A DNA stretch of 64,000 nucleotides from a bacterium (GCA_965203325.1 OZ241875.1:1530212-1594211); one strand, 5' to 3'. Counted from the first letter of the stretch, positions 49,509-59,715 are shown. Notes: generated from the letters alone by a model not told the origin. Numbers and translations are program-made.

Positions 49509-51643
49509 AGGATCGTTTCCCCCTGCGCCACGGGCGATTCGTTGCGAACTCTCAGCAAGGCCAGGGTCTCTCCGGCGAGGAGGTAGGAATCGCCCGAGTG
49601 AATCCGCCAGTTCCAGCCTTTTTCATCGACCTGAGACGTATCCATCACGACGGTCCATCTCTTCATTCTGTCTTCTTCGAGGAAAACGAAGGGTATCGCT
49701 TCATGATGGGCGTTCATGAGCACGAGGAAGGTATCACGATTCACATGCTCGTGCCGAGAAAAAAGATTTCCTTCCCGCGCTCCCCACAACCTGAAACCCA
49801 GACACTTCATGTAATTTACATCCCACTCATTCGCTCCCAACTCATGACCCAAGTGGTGAAGCCAGACGAGCTCGGGTTTTTCCGCCTCGGCCTGGCTTTG
49901 TTGCGGGAAAAACGCCGTGCGCCGAAACGCCTGCCGGGCCCCTCTCCAACGGATGAGGTTTTTCACGAAAAAAAGCAGATTTCCGTTTTTTTCAACCAAA
50001 GCCCAGTCCACCCAGGAGGTCTCGTTGTCCTGGCAATAGGCGTTGTTGTTCCCCGACTGCGTGCGCCCGAACTCGTCTCCCGCCTGGAGCATCGGCACGC
50101 CCTGGGCGAGAAACAGGCTCGCGAGCAGATTCTTCTTGCGCCGCGCGCGCATGGTCGATACGAAGGGGTCGTCCGTCGGGCCCTCCACCCCGCCGTTCCA
50201 GCTATGGTCCTCATCCGCGCCGTCGTTGTTGCCCTCCCTGTTCGCATCATTGTGCTTGTGCTGAAAGCTCACCAGATCCTCGAGCGTGAACCCGTCGTGA
50301 CAGGCGATGAAATTGAGGCTGGCTTGCGGGGCCCGCCCGCCGGTCTCGAAAACGTCGCTGCTCCCCGTCACGCGCGTGGCGAACTCCGCCGCCTGGTCGA
50401 AATCCGCGCGCCAGAACCGGCGCGCCGCATCCCGGAACTTCCCGTTCCACTCCGTCCAGCCTTTCGGGAAATTCCCCAGTTGATAGCCCTTCTCGCCCAA
50501 ATCCCAGGGTTCGGCGATGAGCTTGCGCTTCGAGAGAACAGAGTCGTCCGCGACCGCCCTGAAAAACGCGGATTCGGGGTCGAAGCCCCTCTCCGTCCGC
50601 GCGAGAGTGGGAGCGAGGTCGAACCGGAAACCGTCGACGTGAAACTCCTCCGCCCAGCAGCGCAGGCTGTCCACGATGAGGCGCAGGACCGCCGGATGCG
50701 AGGCGTTCAGCGAATTGCCGCAGCCGGTGGTGTCGACGTAGCGGCTCCCATCCCTCGGATCCAAGCGGTAATAGGCCCTGTTGTCGAGCCCGCGAAAAGA
50801 GAGGTGCGACCCCCGGAACCCCCCCTCCCCGGTGTGGTTGTAGGCCACGTCGAGAATCACCTCGATTCCCGCGCGGTGATACGTCTTCACCAATTCCTTG
50901 AACTCATCGACCTGCCCGCCCCGATCGCCGCGGCTGGAGAAGCGCGCATCGGGCGCGAAAAAGCCGAGCGTCGCGTACCCCCAATAATTGGAAAGCCCCA
51001 GCATCTGGAGACGCTGCTCCGAGACCCGGTGATGTACGGGCAAAAGCTCGATAGCCGTCACGCCCAGATCTTTCAGGTATTCGACCACGGACGGGTGGGC
51101 CAGGCCCGAATACGTGCCCCGGAGCTCTTCTGGCACGTCGGGATGCCGCATGGTGAAGCCCTTGACGTGCAGCTCGTATACGACGGTCTCGGACCAGGAC
51201 GTCCCGGGCGGGGAGACGTCCTCCCAATCGAAGGAAGAATCCACGAGCACGCTCTTGGGCGCCGCGTGGGCGTTGTCCCTTGCATCGAAATGGTGGATGT
51301 CGCCATCCCGGTAGGCGTACATCTCCTCGCACCAGTGAACCTCGCCCGCAATCGCCCGCGCATACGGGTCCAGCAGCACCTTGTAACCGTTGAAGCGATG
51401 CCCATGCGCGGGGTCATAAGGGCCGTGGACGCGGAATCCATAGGGCAGGCCCGCCCCCAAGCCTTCCACCTCCGCGCGCCAGACGTCGCCATGCCTTTCG
51501 AGAGGGACACGCGCCGTCTCCCTGCCGGGGTCATCCGGGTCGAACAGGCAAAGCTCGACCCCCTCCGCGTGCTCCGAGAAAAGGGAAAACCGCACGCCCC
51601 CATCCATCCACTCGGCGCCCAGGCGCCCTTCCGGCTGACTCAT
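49505..51643 (-). CDS. glgX: glycogen debranching enzyme GlgX
   Basis: CBM48 plus GH13 catalytic motifs (GIEVILDVAYNHT, GFRFDLAP). RBS GGGGGAAAG. Confidence 0.9.
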   Translation of the reverse strand: MSQPEGRLGAEWMDGGVRFSLFSEHAEGVELCLFDPDDPGRETARVPLERHGDVWRAEVEGLGAGLPYGFRVHGPYDPAHGHRFNGYKVLLDPYARAIAGEVHWCEEMYAYRDGDIHHFDARDNAHAAPKSVLVDSSFDWEDVSPPGTSWSETVVYELHVKGFTMRHPDVPEELRGTYSGLAHPSVVEYLKDLGVTAIELLPVHHRVSEQRLQMLGLSNYWGYATLGFFAPDARFSSRGDRGGQVDEFKELVKTYHRAGIEVILDVAYNHTGEGGFRGSHLSFRGLDNRAYYRLDPRDGSRYVDTTGCGNSLNASHPAVLRLIVDSLRCWAEEFHVDGFRFDLAPTLARTERGFDPESAFFRAVADDSVLSKRKLIAEPWDLGEKGYQLGNFPKGWTEWNGKFRDAARRFWRADFDQAAEFATRVTGSSDVFETGGRAPQASLNFIACHDGFTLEDLVSFQHKHNDANREGNNDGADEDHSWNGGVEGPTDDPFVSTMRARRKKNLLASLFLAQGVPMLQAGDEFGRTQSGNNNAYCQDNETSWVDWALVEKNGNLLFFVKNLIRWRGARQAFRRTAFFPQQSQAEAEKPELVWLHHLGHELGANEWDVNYMKCLGFRLWGAREGNLFSRHEHVNRDTFLVLMNAHHEAIPFVFLEEDRMKRWTVVMDTSQVDEKGWNWRIHSGDSYLLAGETLALLRVRNESPVAQGETIL

Positions 51644-51907
51644 CTTTCCCCCGCCTGAAAAATTTCATCCCTCACGATGCGCAAAATCGCGAGCCGTCAA
51701 ACGCATTCACCATGCGAAGGATCATCATACCCGATTTTTGTTGTGGTTTTATTACACGGACCGTCAAAAACCGGGTTGAATCGCCCTTCGCCTGTTTCAA
51801 GGCTTTTGCGGCGCCCGGCTCCGCTTCACCTTTTCCCCGGATAAGCTGTAGAATCGCCGCGTCCACCGGGAGGTCGAAACGTCGAATCCACGCCGAAGGA
51901 GAGCGCC

Positions 51908-53077
51908 TTGAAGATCATCGATATCCGCGAGACGGTGGTTCCCATTCAATCGGACCTGAGAAACGCGTTCATCGATTTTTCCCTGATGACGGTGAGCGTC
52001 GCCGCCCTCGTCACGGACGTGGTGCGCGACGGGAGGCGCGTCGTCGGCTTCGGCTTCAACTCGAACGGACGCTACGCCCAGCAGGGGCTTTTGCGCGAGC
52101 GCTTCATCCCCAGGCTCAGAGAAGCGGCGCCCGAGTCGCTGCTGAACGAGGCGGAATCGAACTTCGAGCCCGCCAGAATCTGGGACTGCATGATGAAGAA
52201 CGAAAAGCCCGGCGGGCACGGCGACCGCTCCGTCGCCGTGGGCATCATCGACATGGCGGTCTGGGACATGGTGGCCAAAATCGAGGAAAAACCGCTCTAC
52301 CGCCATCTGGCGGATACCTATCGCGACGGAGAGTGCGATGAGAAGGTATCCGTCTACGCCGCAGGCGGCTATTACTATCCGGGCAAGGACCTGAAAGCCC
52401 TCCAGAACGAGATGCGAAGCTATCTCGATCGCGGCTACACCACGGTGAAAATGAAGATAGGCGGCGAATCGCTCGACGACGATATCCGGAGAATCGAGGC
52501 GGTGCTCGAGGTCGTGGGCGAGGGCCGGAACCTGGCGGTGGACGCCAACGGGAAATTCGATCTCGAAACCGCCGTCGCCTACGCGGAGGCGCTGGCGCCC
52601 TACAATCTGCATTGGTACGAGGAGGCGGGCGACCCGCTCGATTACGCGCTTCAGGCCGAACTCGCCAAACACTACGACAACCCCATGGCGACGGGCGAGA
52701 ACCTCTTCTCCACCCAGGATGCGAGAAACCTGATCCGCTACGGGGGGATGCGGCCGGGCGTGGACATCCTGCAGTTCGACTGCGCTTTGAGCTACGGCCT
52801 GGTGGAATACCTTAGAACGCTCGATATGGCGGAGGAACACGGCTGGTCGTCCCGCTCGTTCATCCCCCACGGCGGACACCAGCTCTCGCTCAACATCGCG
52901 GGCGGGCTGGGCCTGGGAGGCAGCGAGTCCTACCCCGACGTGTTCAAGCCCTTCAACGGCTTCGCCGACTCCGTGGCGGTGGAAGACGGCTACGTCGGCT
53001 TTCCCGACCTGCCGGGCCTCGGCATCGAGGACAAGGCGGCTCTCAAGGACGTGCTGAGGGAGTTGTCTGAAACTTGA
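51908..53077 (+). CDS. enolase superfamily protein (mandelate racemase/muconate lactonizing enzyme family)
   Basis: KMKIGG, LAVDANGKFD, ATGENLF metal-ligand motifs. TTG start with RBS GAAGGAGAG. Confidence 0.8.
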   Translation: MKIIDIRETVVPIQSDLRNAFIDFSLMTVSVAALVTDVVRDGRRVVGFGFNSNGRYAQQGLLRERFIPRLREAAPESLLNEAESNFEPARIWDCMMKNEKPGGHGDRSVAVGIIDMAVWDMVAKIEEKPLYRHLADTYRDGECDEKVSVYAAGGYYYPGKDLKALQNEMRSYLDRGYTTVKMKIGGESLDDDIRRIEAVLEVVGEGRNLAVDANGKFDLETAVAYAEALAPYNLHWYEEAGDPLDYALQAELAKHYDNPMATGENLFSTQDARNLIRYGGMRPGVDILQFDCALSYGLVEYLRTLDMAEEHGWSSRSFIPHGGHQLSLNIAGGLGLGGSESYPDVFKPFNGFADSVAVEDGYVGFPDLPGLGIEDKAALKDVLRELSET

Positions 53078-53094
53078 ACCCGGGCATCACCTCT

Positions 53095-54399
53095 TCACGA
53101 CACACGAAGCGCGACGCGGTGCATCGTGTTGTTGAGGTATCCCCTCGGGTTCCAGTCGATGGCGTGGGGCTGCATCACCCCCGCGCTGTCCGTCGCCCGC
53201 GCCCAGATCTCGTAGTACCCGGCTTCGGGCAGCCTTACGTCGGCGCGGAAGTTCTGCCAGGCGCCGTCGTTCACGGGGGCGTCCAGCGCAGCCGGCCTCC
53301 AGGTCGCGCCGAAGTCATGGGAGAGGTCGACCGCCGCGACCGTCCGGTCTCCCGACCAGGCATGGCCGCGCACCTCTACGGCGCGCCCCGCCGCCGCTCC
53401 GTTCGCGGGGTGGGTGATCAGCGATTTGACGGGCATCCGCTCGATGATGACGAAATCTTTCTCCTCGACCTTCTCGCCCGGCTCGATCCTGTATCGCGGC
53501 ACGCGGTAGGAGGCGCCGGTCATCTTGGGGCCGTCGTGCACGACGTCGCGGAGGTAGATGCGCCGCAGCCATTTCTGCGAGCACGACCCCGGCCAGCCGG
53601 GGACGACGAGCCGCAGCGGCGCCCCGTTCATCGAATGAATGGGGCCGCCGTTCTGGCCGAAGGCGATGAGCACGCCCTCCGTCATCGCCTTGGCGACCGG
53701 CACGCCGCGCGAGATGGGCAGCCTGCCCGGCTCACCGGAGAGGTCCCCGTCTGCGCCGACGTGGGCGGTGTAGACGACGCCGGGCCGCACGCCGGCCGCC
53801 AAGAGCACGTCCTTGAGCCGTACCCCCGTCCACTGCGAACAGGCGACCGCCCCGTGGGTCCACTGGGTTCCTTTCACCGGCGGTTTGAAGAAGGCCCGCC
53901 CGTTGCCCCCGCATTCGATGACGAGGGCCTTCGTGACGACTTCGAACTTCGAGCGGAGCTCGGCGATCGACAAGGTCATGGGGCGCTCCACGAGGCCATC
54001 GACGGTGAGGGTCCAGGCGTCCGCCGACGCTTCAGCGGGCGGAACGCCGTTGTTCCGAATGAAGTGGCGCGAAGTCGGGGTGATCGGGTCGTCGAGCAGA
54101 TGCGGCGGAGTCTCGGCGTTCATCGGCCGCTCGTTCAGCAGCGTCAGGCCGTCCTTCCCGACCAGCACGCTCTCGTCAGCGAAAGCCGCCGGAATGAACC
54201 CCGCCGGCATGTTGCGGTGAAAGGGGATCGCCGCGCCCACCATCGCCGCCATGGCGGCAAGCCCTGCGCCGCGCAGAAAACCGCGCCGGTCGAGATACGA
54301 CTTTCGCCCGAAGAAGGCATAATCCGCCGCCACCGGGTCCTCGGCGAAGAATTCGTGCATATCCGGGTTTTCAGAGGATGCGTATTCCTCTTTCGGCAT
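53095..54399 (-). CDS. sulfite-oxidase-family molybdopterin oxidoreductase, Tat-exported
   Basis: Tat motif DRRGFLRGAGLAAMAAM. Moco-binding core and dimerisation domain. RBS AGGAGG. Confidence 0.8.
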   Translation of the reverse strand: MPKEEYASSENPDMHEFFAEDPVAADYAFFGRKSYLDRRGFLRGAGLAAMAAMVGAAIPFHRNMPAGFIPAAFADESVLVGKDGLTLLNERPMNAETPPHLLDDPITPTSRHFIRNNGVPPAEASADAWTLTVDGLVERPMTLSIAELRSKFEVVTKALVIECGGNGRAFFKPPVKGTQWTHGAVACSQWTGVRLKDVLLAAGVRPGVVYTAHVGADGDLSGEPGRLPISRGVPVAKAMTEGVLIAFGQNGGPIHSMNGAPLRLVVPGWPGSCSQKWLRRIYLRDVVHDGPKMTGASYRVPRYRIEPGEKVEEKDFVIIERMPVKSLITHPANGAAAGRAVEVRGHAWSGDRTVAAVDLSHDFGATWRPAALDAPVNDGAWQNFRADVRLPEAGYYEIWARATDSAGVMQPHAIDWNPRGYLNNTMHRVALRVS

Positions 54400-54447
54400 G
54401 GCGTCCTCCTCTCGCGGACAACCGCTCAGAGAAAATCGCACTGAATT

Positions 54448-55452
54448 CTAGACGAACGCGGGCATCACCTCTTCGGCGAAGCGCTCGAGCGTCCTCAGGA
54501 CGAGTTCCTGCGGCATCCCCGGCCACTGGACGCGGAACGCCATGTGGTCGACGCCCAGTTCGTCGCGGTGGCGTGCGATGTCCTCGGCCACGTCCTCCGC
54601 CGAGCCGATGAGGAACCTGTCGGAGCGAAGCTCGTCGAGCGGCATCCGTAGCGTGTCGCTGCTCGGCAGCGCCTCGCTCTGGCCCCACTTCACGTAGACG
54701 TCGTATTTCACCGCCAGATAATCCGCGCATTCGCGAAAGGCGCTCTCCCTGTCCTCGCCGATGAACATCTCCTTGATCACTGGCATCGCATCGGGCGCGC
54801 CTTTTCCTGCAGCTTCGCGCTCTTCGTGGAACATCTCCATCTGGCGCTTCAAGGTGTCGAAGCGCGCATGGGGGTTCAGGAACCAGGCCTCTCCCATCCT
54901 GGCCGCGCGCTTCACCGCGCCGTCGCCGTTCGCCGCTATCCAGATGGGCGGTCTGGGCCGTTGGATGGGCCGCATGGTGAGATTTACGTCTTCGAGTTGG
55001 ACGACCTCGCCTTCATAATCGAGCGTCCCCTCTTCGAGCAGGCGGGTGACGGCTTCGAGTTTCTCTTCGAACGCCTTCACGCGCCAGGGTTTCGTGAGGC
55101 CGAACGCGCGGTATTCGGGCTCGCGGTAGCCCAGCCCCACGCCGAGGACGAAGCGGCCCTTCGTCATGGCGTCGAGCGTGGCGACCTGTTCGGCCACGTC
55201 CACCGGGTTGTGGAGCGCGAGCAGGAGGATGCCCGTGCCGACGGTCATATCGCCCGCGTGGGCCGCCACCTGGGCGACGCTCGGCCAGGTCTGCATCATC
55301 CACACGCCCTCGGTGAGGTAGTGCTGGCCGCACCACACGCTGTGAAATCCCAGGTCTCTAATGAGGCGTACCTGCGCGAGATGCTCCTCCCAGCGCTCTG
55401 CAGGGTCGTCCCCCAGGGCGTGCTGGTTCATGACGAACATGCCGAATTTCAT
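54448..55452 (-). CDS. LLM-class flavin/F420-dependent oxidoreductase
   Basis: MKFGMFVM... luciferase-like TIM barrel. Confidence 0.8.
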   Translation of the reverse strand: MKFGMFVMNQHALGDDPAERWEEHLAQVRLIRDLGFHSVWCGQHYLTEGVWMMQTWPSVAQVAAHAGDMTVGTGILLLALHNPVDVAEQVATLDAMTKGRFVLGVGLGYREPEYRAFGLTKPWRVKAFEEKLEAVTRLLEEGTLDYEGEVVQLEDVNLTMRPIQRPRPPIWIAANGDGAVKRAARMGEAWFLNPHARFDTLKRQMEMFHEEREAAGKGAPDAMPVIKEMFIGEDRESAFRECADYLAVKYDVYVKWGQSEALPSSDTLRMPLDELRSDRFLIGSAEDVAEDIARHRDELGVDHMAFRVQWPGMPQELVLRTLERFAEEVMPAFV

Positions 55453-55476
55453 ATCATCCTCGCTCGTGTTTACGAA

Positions 55477-56382
55477 TCAATCCTTGGTTCCGAAAGCATC
55501 GGCCAGGGCGATGACTTTCTCCGCCGCCTCGACCACCGGATAGTCGATCATGCGCCCGCCGACGGAGACGCTCGCCTCCCCGCGCGCCGTCGCCTCCTCG
55601 AATGCCACCACCACCTCGCGCGCCTTTTCGACCTCCTCCTGCGTCGGCGTGAACGCGTGGTTCACGATTTCCACCTGCCTGGGGTGGATGCAGAACTTGC
55701 CGAACATGCCGAGCGCGCGGCATCTGTCCGCGCTGGCGGCGAGTCCCTCCTGATCGTCCAGGGCAATCCACACCGTGTCGAGCGGCTTTTCAAGGCCCGC
55801 GGAGCGCGAGGCCACCGCGATGCGTGAGCGTGGGTAGTCGAAGGTGAACTCATCGCGCGGCCACTCGACGTCCAGATCGTTGGTGTAATCCCCCGCCCCG
55901 AAGGCGAGCTGGAATCGCCGCTCCCCCGTATCGGCGGAGGCGATGGCGAAGGCGTCCTCCACGCCCCGGGCGTTCTCGAGGATGGCGAGCAGGTGCACGC
56001 TCCCCGCTTCACAGCCCGCCTCTCTCTCCGCGTCGCGAAGCAGCCTGTCCGCCGCGAGTATCTGCCCGGCGTTCTCCGCCTTGGGCAGCACGATTCCCCG
56101 GAGCGCCGGCCCCACGACGGCCGCGATGTCCTCTGGCCCGCAGGCGATCGAAAAACCCGTCACGTCGTCCAGAGGATTCACGCGCACGAAAACGTCCGCC
56201 CCGTCTTCTTCGGCTATCGTCTTGACCGCCGCACCGAGCGCATTCCGCGTCGATTTCTTCTCATCGGCGGGCACGGCGTCTTCCAGGTCCAGAACGACGG
56301 CGTCGGCCCCGGCCTTGCCCACCTTCGCGAGCATTCTCTCCCTGTTACCGGGAGCGAACAGAATCGTCCGGTAGAGTTTCAT
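55477..56382 (-). CDS. HpcH/HpaI aldolase / citrate lyase beta (CitE)-like lyase
   Basis: ILFAPGNR...VVLDLEDAV CitE signature. RBS AAGGAG. The upstream 260 codons of the track ORF are antisense to the amidase gene. Confidence 0.75.
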   Translation of the reverse strand: MKLYRTILFAPGNRERMLAKVGKAGADAVVLDLEDAVPADEKKSTRNALGAAVKTIAEEDGADVFVRVNPLDDVTGFSIACGPEDIAAVVGPALRGIVLPKAENAGQILAADRLLRDAEREAGCEAGSVHLLAILENARGVEDAFAIASADTGERRFQLAFGAGDYTNDLDVEWPRDEFTFDYPRSRIAVASRSAGLEKPLDTVWIALDDQEGLAASADRCRALGMFGKFCIHPRQVEIVNHAFTPTQEEVEKAREVVVAFEEATARGEASVSVGGRMIDYPVVEAAEKVIALADAFGTKD

Positions 56383-56578
56383 GAAAATCTCCTTCTCGTT
56401 CATCGTCTCAGGTGATGTGCTTTTACCCTTGATGGCGGCTCTTGCCAAGCGATAGAGACCGCCCCGGCACACTATGGGCGTCCGCCGCGCTTCGGGACGA
56501 ACGCCCGCTTTCGTTTCGGCTCCCCTGCTACCTGGAATATAATCGCGCCAAAAATAACCCCATTTACGGAGCCTCCCC

Positions 56579-58255
56579 ATGAATCCCGACGAACTGCTGC
56601 ACCGCCCCATCACGGAACTGGCCGCCCAGATCAAAAGCGGCGAAGCGAAGCCGAGCGAGGTGCTCGAGGCCCACGTCGCCAGAATCGAGGCCGCTGACCC
56701 GACCATCAACGCTTTCATCAGGACCACCTTCGAACTCGCCGGGGAACAGGCGGAGCGGCTGGATTCCGAACTCGCCGATGGAAACTTCCGGGGGCCGCTC
56801 CACGGGATTCCCATCGCGCTCAAGGACCTGTTCGACCTGGAGGGCCACCCGACCACGGCGGGCAGCCGGATTCTAGGCAAAAGCGCGGCGAACGAAACGG
56901 CGGACTGCGTGCGCAGACTTATAAATGCGGGGGCGGTCATCATCGGGAAGACGAACTTGCAGGAATTCGCGCGCGGCGGGACCGGGGCGAACAGCGCTTT
57001 CGGCCCGGCGCGAAACCCCTGGAGCCTCGAACACACGCCCGGGGGGAGCAGCAGCGGCTCGGCCGCCTGCGTGGCGGCGGGGATGGCGGCGGCCGCGCTC
57101 GGTTCCGACACGGGCGGCTCGGTGCGCCTGCCCGCATCGTTCTGTAATCTGGTGGGCATCCGCTCCACCTATGGCCGGGTGAGCCGGGCGGGGGCTGTGC
57201 CGCTGGGACTCAGCTTCGACAACGTGGGTCCCCTCGCGCGCACAGTGGAGGACGCCGCCCTCATCCTGGGAGCCATCGCAGGCCCCGACCCCAAAGACCC
57301 GACGACGGGCACGAAACCTGCGCCCGATTTCCTGGAAAGCGTGAACGAGGGCGTGGGCGGCATGACGCTGGGTGTTCCGACCAACCATTTCTGGCCGGGC
57401 GAGGACACAGAAGCGGAAGCGGTCGTCCGCGAGGCCATCGCGCGATACGAGAAGATGGGCGCGAGTCTTGTTGAGGTGGAAATCCCCTGGGCGAGGCTCG
57501 GCCAGGTCGCCTACGCCGCGACGGTGGGGCCCGAGGGTGCGGAATATCACCGCAAATTCCTCGAAAACCACCGGGACGGCTACGTCTCGCCCGGAGCGGA
57601 TTTCTTCGAGTACAGCCTGTTCATTCCGGGCTGGCGATACGTGCAGGCGCAAAAGGCCCGCACATTCTTCATCCGCCAGGCGGCGGAGGTTTTTAGACGT
57701 GTGGACGCCGTGCTCACGCCCACCGTCGCCATTGCGCCGCCCACCATCGCGGATTGCCTCGACGGCATGAAAATGTGGCCGATAGTGAGCGACAACACGG
57801 CCGCCTTCAGCACCATCGGCAACCCCGTCCTCCAGGTCCCATGCGGGTTCACGAAAGGGTGCCTGCCCGTCGGACTACAGATTGCGGGGAGATGGGGGAA
57901 TGAGGCGCGCCTGTTCCGAATCGGCAAGGCGCTGGAAGACGACAATCCGCTGTGGCAGATGAAGCCGCCCGAGGTCGACGAGCAGCCGCCTCCCGAACCA
58001 TTCCCGGGCGAAGGCTCCGCTTCCTCATCCCAAGGAGGATCGGAGTCAGAAGCCGCCGCACAGGTTCTCGCCATGGCGGAAACTATGGGCTATGCGATCG
58101 ACAGGAATAAAATATCACCGGAGGCGCTCGCACAAGGCGTTGCGAACATATTCGCGGGACTGGAAAAACTGGACGATCTCGACCTTGATGACTGCGAGCG
58201 CGCCGAAACGCTGAACCTGCTGGAGATGGACTTCGACTCGATTCCGAGGCCCTAA
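56579..58255 (+). CDS. amidase (amidase-signature family) with ~100-aa acidic C-terminal extension
   Basis: GGSSSGSAAAVA-type AS motif and the Ser-cisSer-Lys triad region. Confidence 0.85.
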   Translation: MNPDELLHRPITELAAQIKSGEAKPSEVLEAHVARIEAADPTINAFIRTTFELAGEQAERLDSELADGNFRGPLHGIPIALKDLFDLEGHPTTAGSRILGKSAANETADCVRRLINAGAVIIGKTNLQEFARGGTGANSAFGPARNPWSLEHTPGGSSSGSAACVAAGMAAAALGSDTGGSVRLPASFCNLVGIRSTYGRVSRAGAVPLGLSFDNVGPLARTVEDAALILGAIAGPDPKDPTTGTKPAPDFLESVNEGVGGMTLGVPTNHFWPGEDTEAEAVVREAIARYEKMGASLVEVEIPWARLGQVAYAATVGPEGAEYHRKFLENHRDGYVSPGADFFEYSLFIPGWRYVQAQKARTFFIRQAAEVFRRVDAVLTPTVAIAPPTIADCLDGMKMWPIVSDNTAAFSTIGNPVLQVPCGFTKGCLPVGLQIAGRWGNEARLFRIGKALEDDNPLWQMKPPEVDEQPPPEPFPGEGSASSSQGGSESEAAAQVLAMAETMGYAIDRNKISPEALAQGVANIFAGLEKLDDLDLDDCERAETLNLLEMDFDSIPRP

Positions 58256-58276
58256 GAAAACCATTGTTAAAGGAGC

Positions 58277-58392
58277 AACCCCCCCTACCCCCCCTTGTCA
58301 GGGGGGTATAAAAAGGCGATGCACCTCCACCGGGCTGAGGGAGGTTTGCTTTTTCTTGCCCCCCTGACAAGGGGGGGTAGGGGGGGTTGCCT
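58277..58392. repeat. dual-arm GC-homopolymer palindromic element
   Basis: AACCCCCCCTACCCCCCCTTGTCAGGGGGG ... CCCCCCTGACAAGGGGGGGTAGGGGGGGTTGCC. Central CCTCC/GGAGG hairpin. Downstream module to ~58435. Confidence 0.75.
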
Positions 58393-58440
58393 TAATCCCC
58401 TCAGGAGAAGGACTTTTTCAACAACCCCCTCAAGAAAGAC

Positions 58441-59565
58441 CTAATCCGGCTTGAGCAGGACTTTCAGACATTCTCCCGTTCCGGTGACCTCGATGCCCGC
58501 CTGCACCTGGGAGAGGGGCAGACGGTGGGTGAAGATGTCGTCAATCGGCAGGTCCGTTCTCAGGAGCATGTCCATCGCCGGTTCGAACTGCACCTGAGGA
58601 TACGCCCATGAGCCGCAGATGTCCACGTCCTTGTTGCACACTTGGTGGGGCCTGATCTCCACCCCGCCCGGGTCGCCGTAATGACCGACTTCGACGAGTT
58701 TCCCGCCCCGGCGGACGATGTCCAGCCCCTCGGCGAAGGCCGCGGGAACGCCCGCCGCCTCGACCACCACGTCCGGCCCCACCCCGTCCGTCCAGGAGAG
58801 GATCTGCTCTTTTCTCTCCTCTTGTGTAAGCGCCGCCAGGCTCACCGTCTTCGTGGCGCCGAACTTTTTGGAGAACGCGAGTCTTTCCTCGGTCATGTCC
58901 ACCGCGATGATCTCGCCCGCCCCCATCGTCTTGAGAGCGGCCACCACGAGCAGTCCGATAGGGCCCACACCCATGACGGCGCAGCGCGCCCCCACGCCGA
59001 ACCCTTCCCCCGCGTAGGGGATGCCTGGCGAAAGCGAGCGGCCCGCCGCCCTCTGGGCCACCGCCAGGGGTTCGCAGAGCGTGGCCCGCTCGAGCGAGAG
59101 ACCCTCGGGCAACTTCAACACGAAGGAGTTTCCGGGAATGTACATGTATTCGGAAAACGCCCCGAAAAGGTGCGGCGCCTCGGCGGAGGTGCGGAAGCCG
59201 AACACCGTGCGGTTCGGGCACAACTGGGGCCGGTGCGGCACGTGAATGCAGAACCAGCATTTTCCGCACGCCTGGCTGCCCGGCGTCACGGTGATGGCGT
59301 CGCCCTCCTTGATGGGGCCGCCCACGACTTTCATGTTCGAATTCGCCTGTGGCCCCAACTTCTCAACGATGCCGCTGAACTCATGGCCCGGAATGACGGG
59401 CCACGCCAGATCCAAGTTGCCCCCGTACATGTGCTTGTCCGAACCACAGACGCCGACGGCGGCCACCCGCATCAAAAGGGCGTCGTCCTCAATCTCGGGC
59501 ATGGGATATTCGCGCAGGGCGATTTCGCCCGGCTGTAGAATCGTGGCGGCCTGAACGGTGGACAT
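58441..59565 (-). CDS. zinc-dependent alcohol/polyol dehydrogenase (MDR family)
   Basis: GHEFSG, C-x2-C-x2-C-x7-C structural zinc site, GVGPIG Rossmann motif. RBS GAGGAG. Confidence 0.85.
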   Translation of the reverse strand: MSTVQAATILQPGEIALREYPMPEIEDDALLMRVAAVGVCGSDKHMYGGNLDLAWPVIPGHEFSGIVEKLGPQANSNMKVVGGPIKEGDAITVTPGSQACGKCWFCIHVPHRPQLCPNRTVFGFRTSAEAPHLFGAFSEYMYIPGNSFVLKLPEGLSLERATLCEPLAVAQRAAGRSLSPGIPYAGEGFGVGARCAVMGVGPIGLLVVAALKTMGAGEIIAVDMTEERLAFSKKFGATKTVSLAALTQEERKEQILSWTDGVGPDVVVEAAGVPAAFAEGLDIVRRGGKLVEVGHYGDPGGVEIRPHQVCNKDVDICGSWAYPQVQFEPAMDMLLRTDLPIDDIFTHRLPLSQVQAGIEVTGTGECLKVLLKPD

Positions 59566-59715
59566 CGAATCCGTCTCCTCGAAATAATGGCTGTACGCTT
59601 AAGAAAAATCGGCGTGAGCCTCTCTGGATGTTGTGATGAACGCCACTTTAGCGTATCTCTGATTCGCGCCACAACGAACGCAGTGGAAGCGAACCCCGAA
59701 TCTTTTGAGGAGCCC

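Noticed and set aside
56383-57168. N-terminal 260 codons of the 563-aa minus-strand ORF
   Set aside because: They are antisense to the amidase gene. The conserved CitE-like protein starts at ATG 56382 with an AAGGAG RBS.
58359-58392. G-quadruplex formation by the GGGGGGG-TA-GGGGGGG arms
   Set aside because: It is structurally plausible, but duplex hairpin formation with the complementary C-runs in the same element competes. No evidence is available, so it is kept only as a speculative note inside the repeat-family finding.
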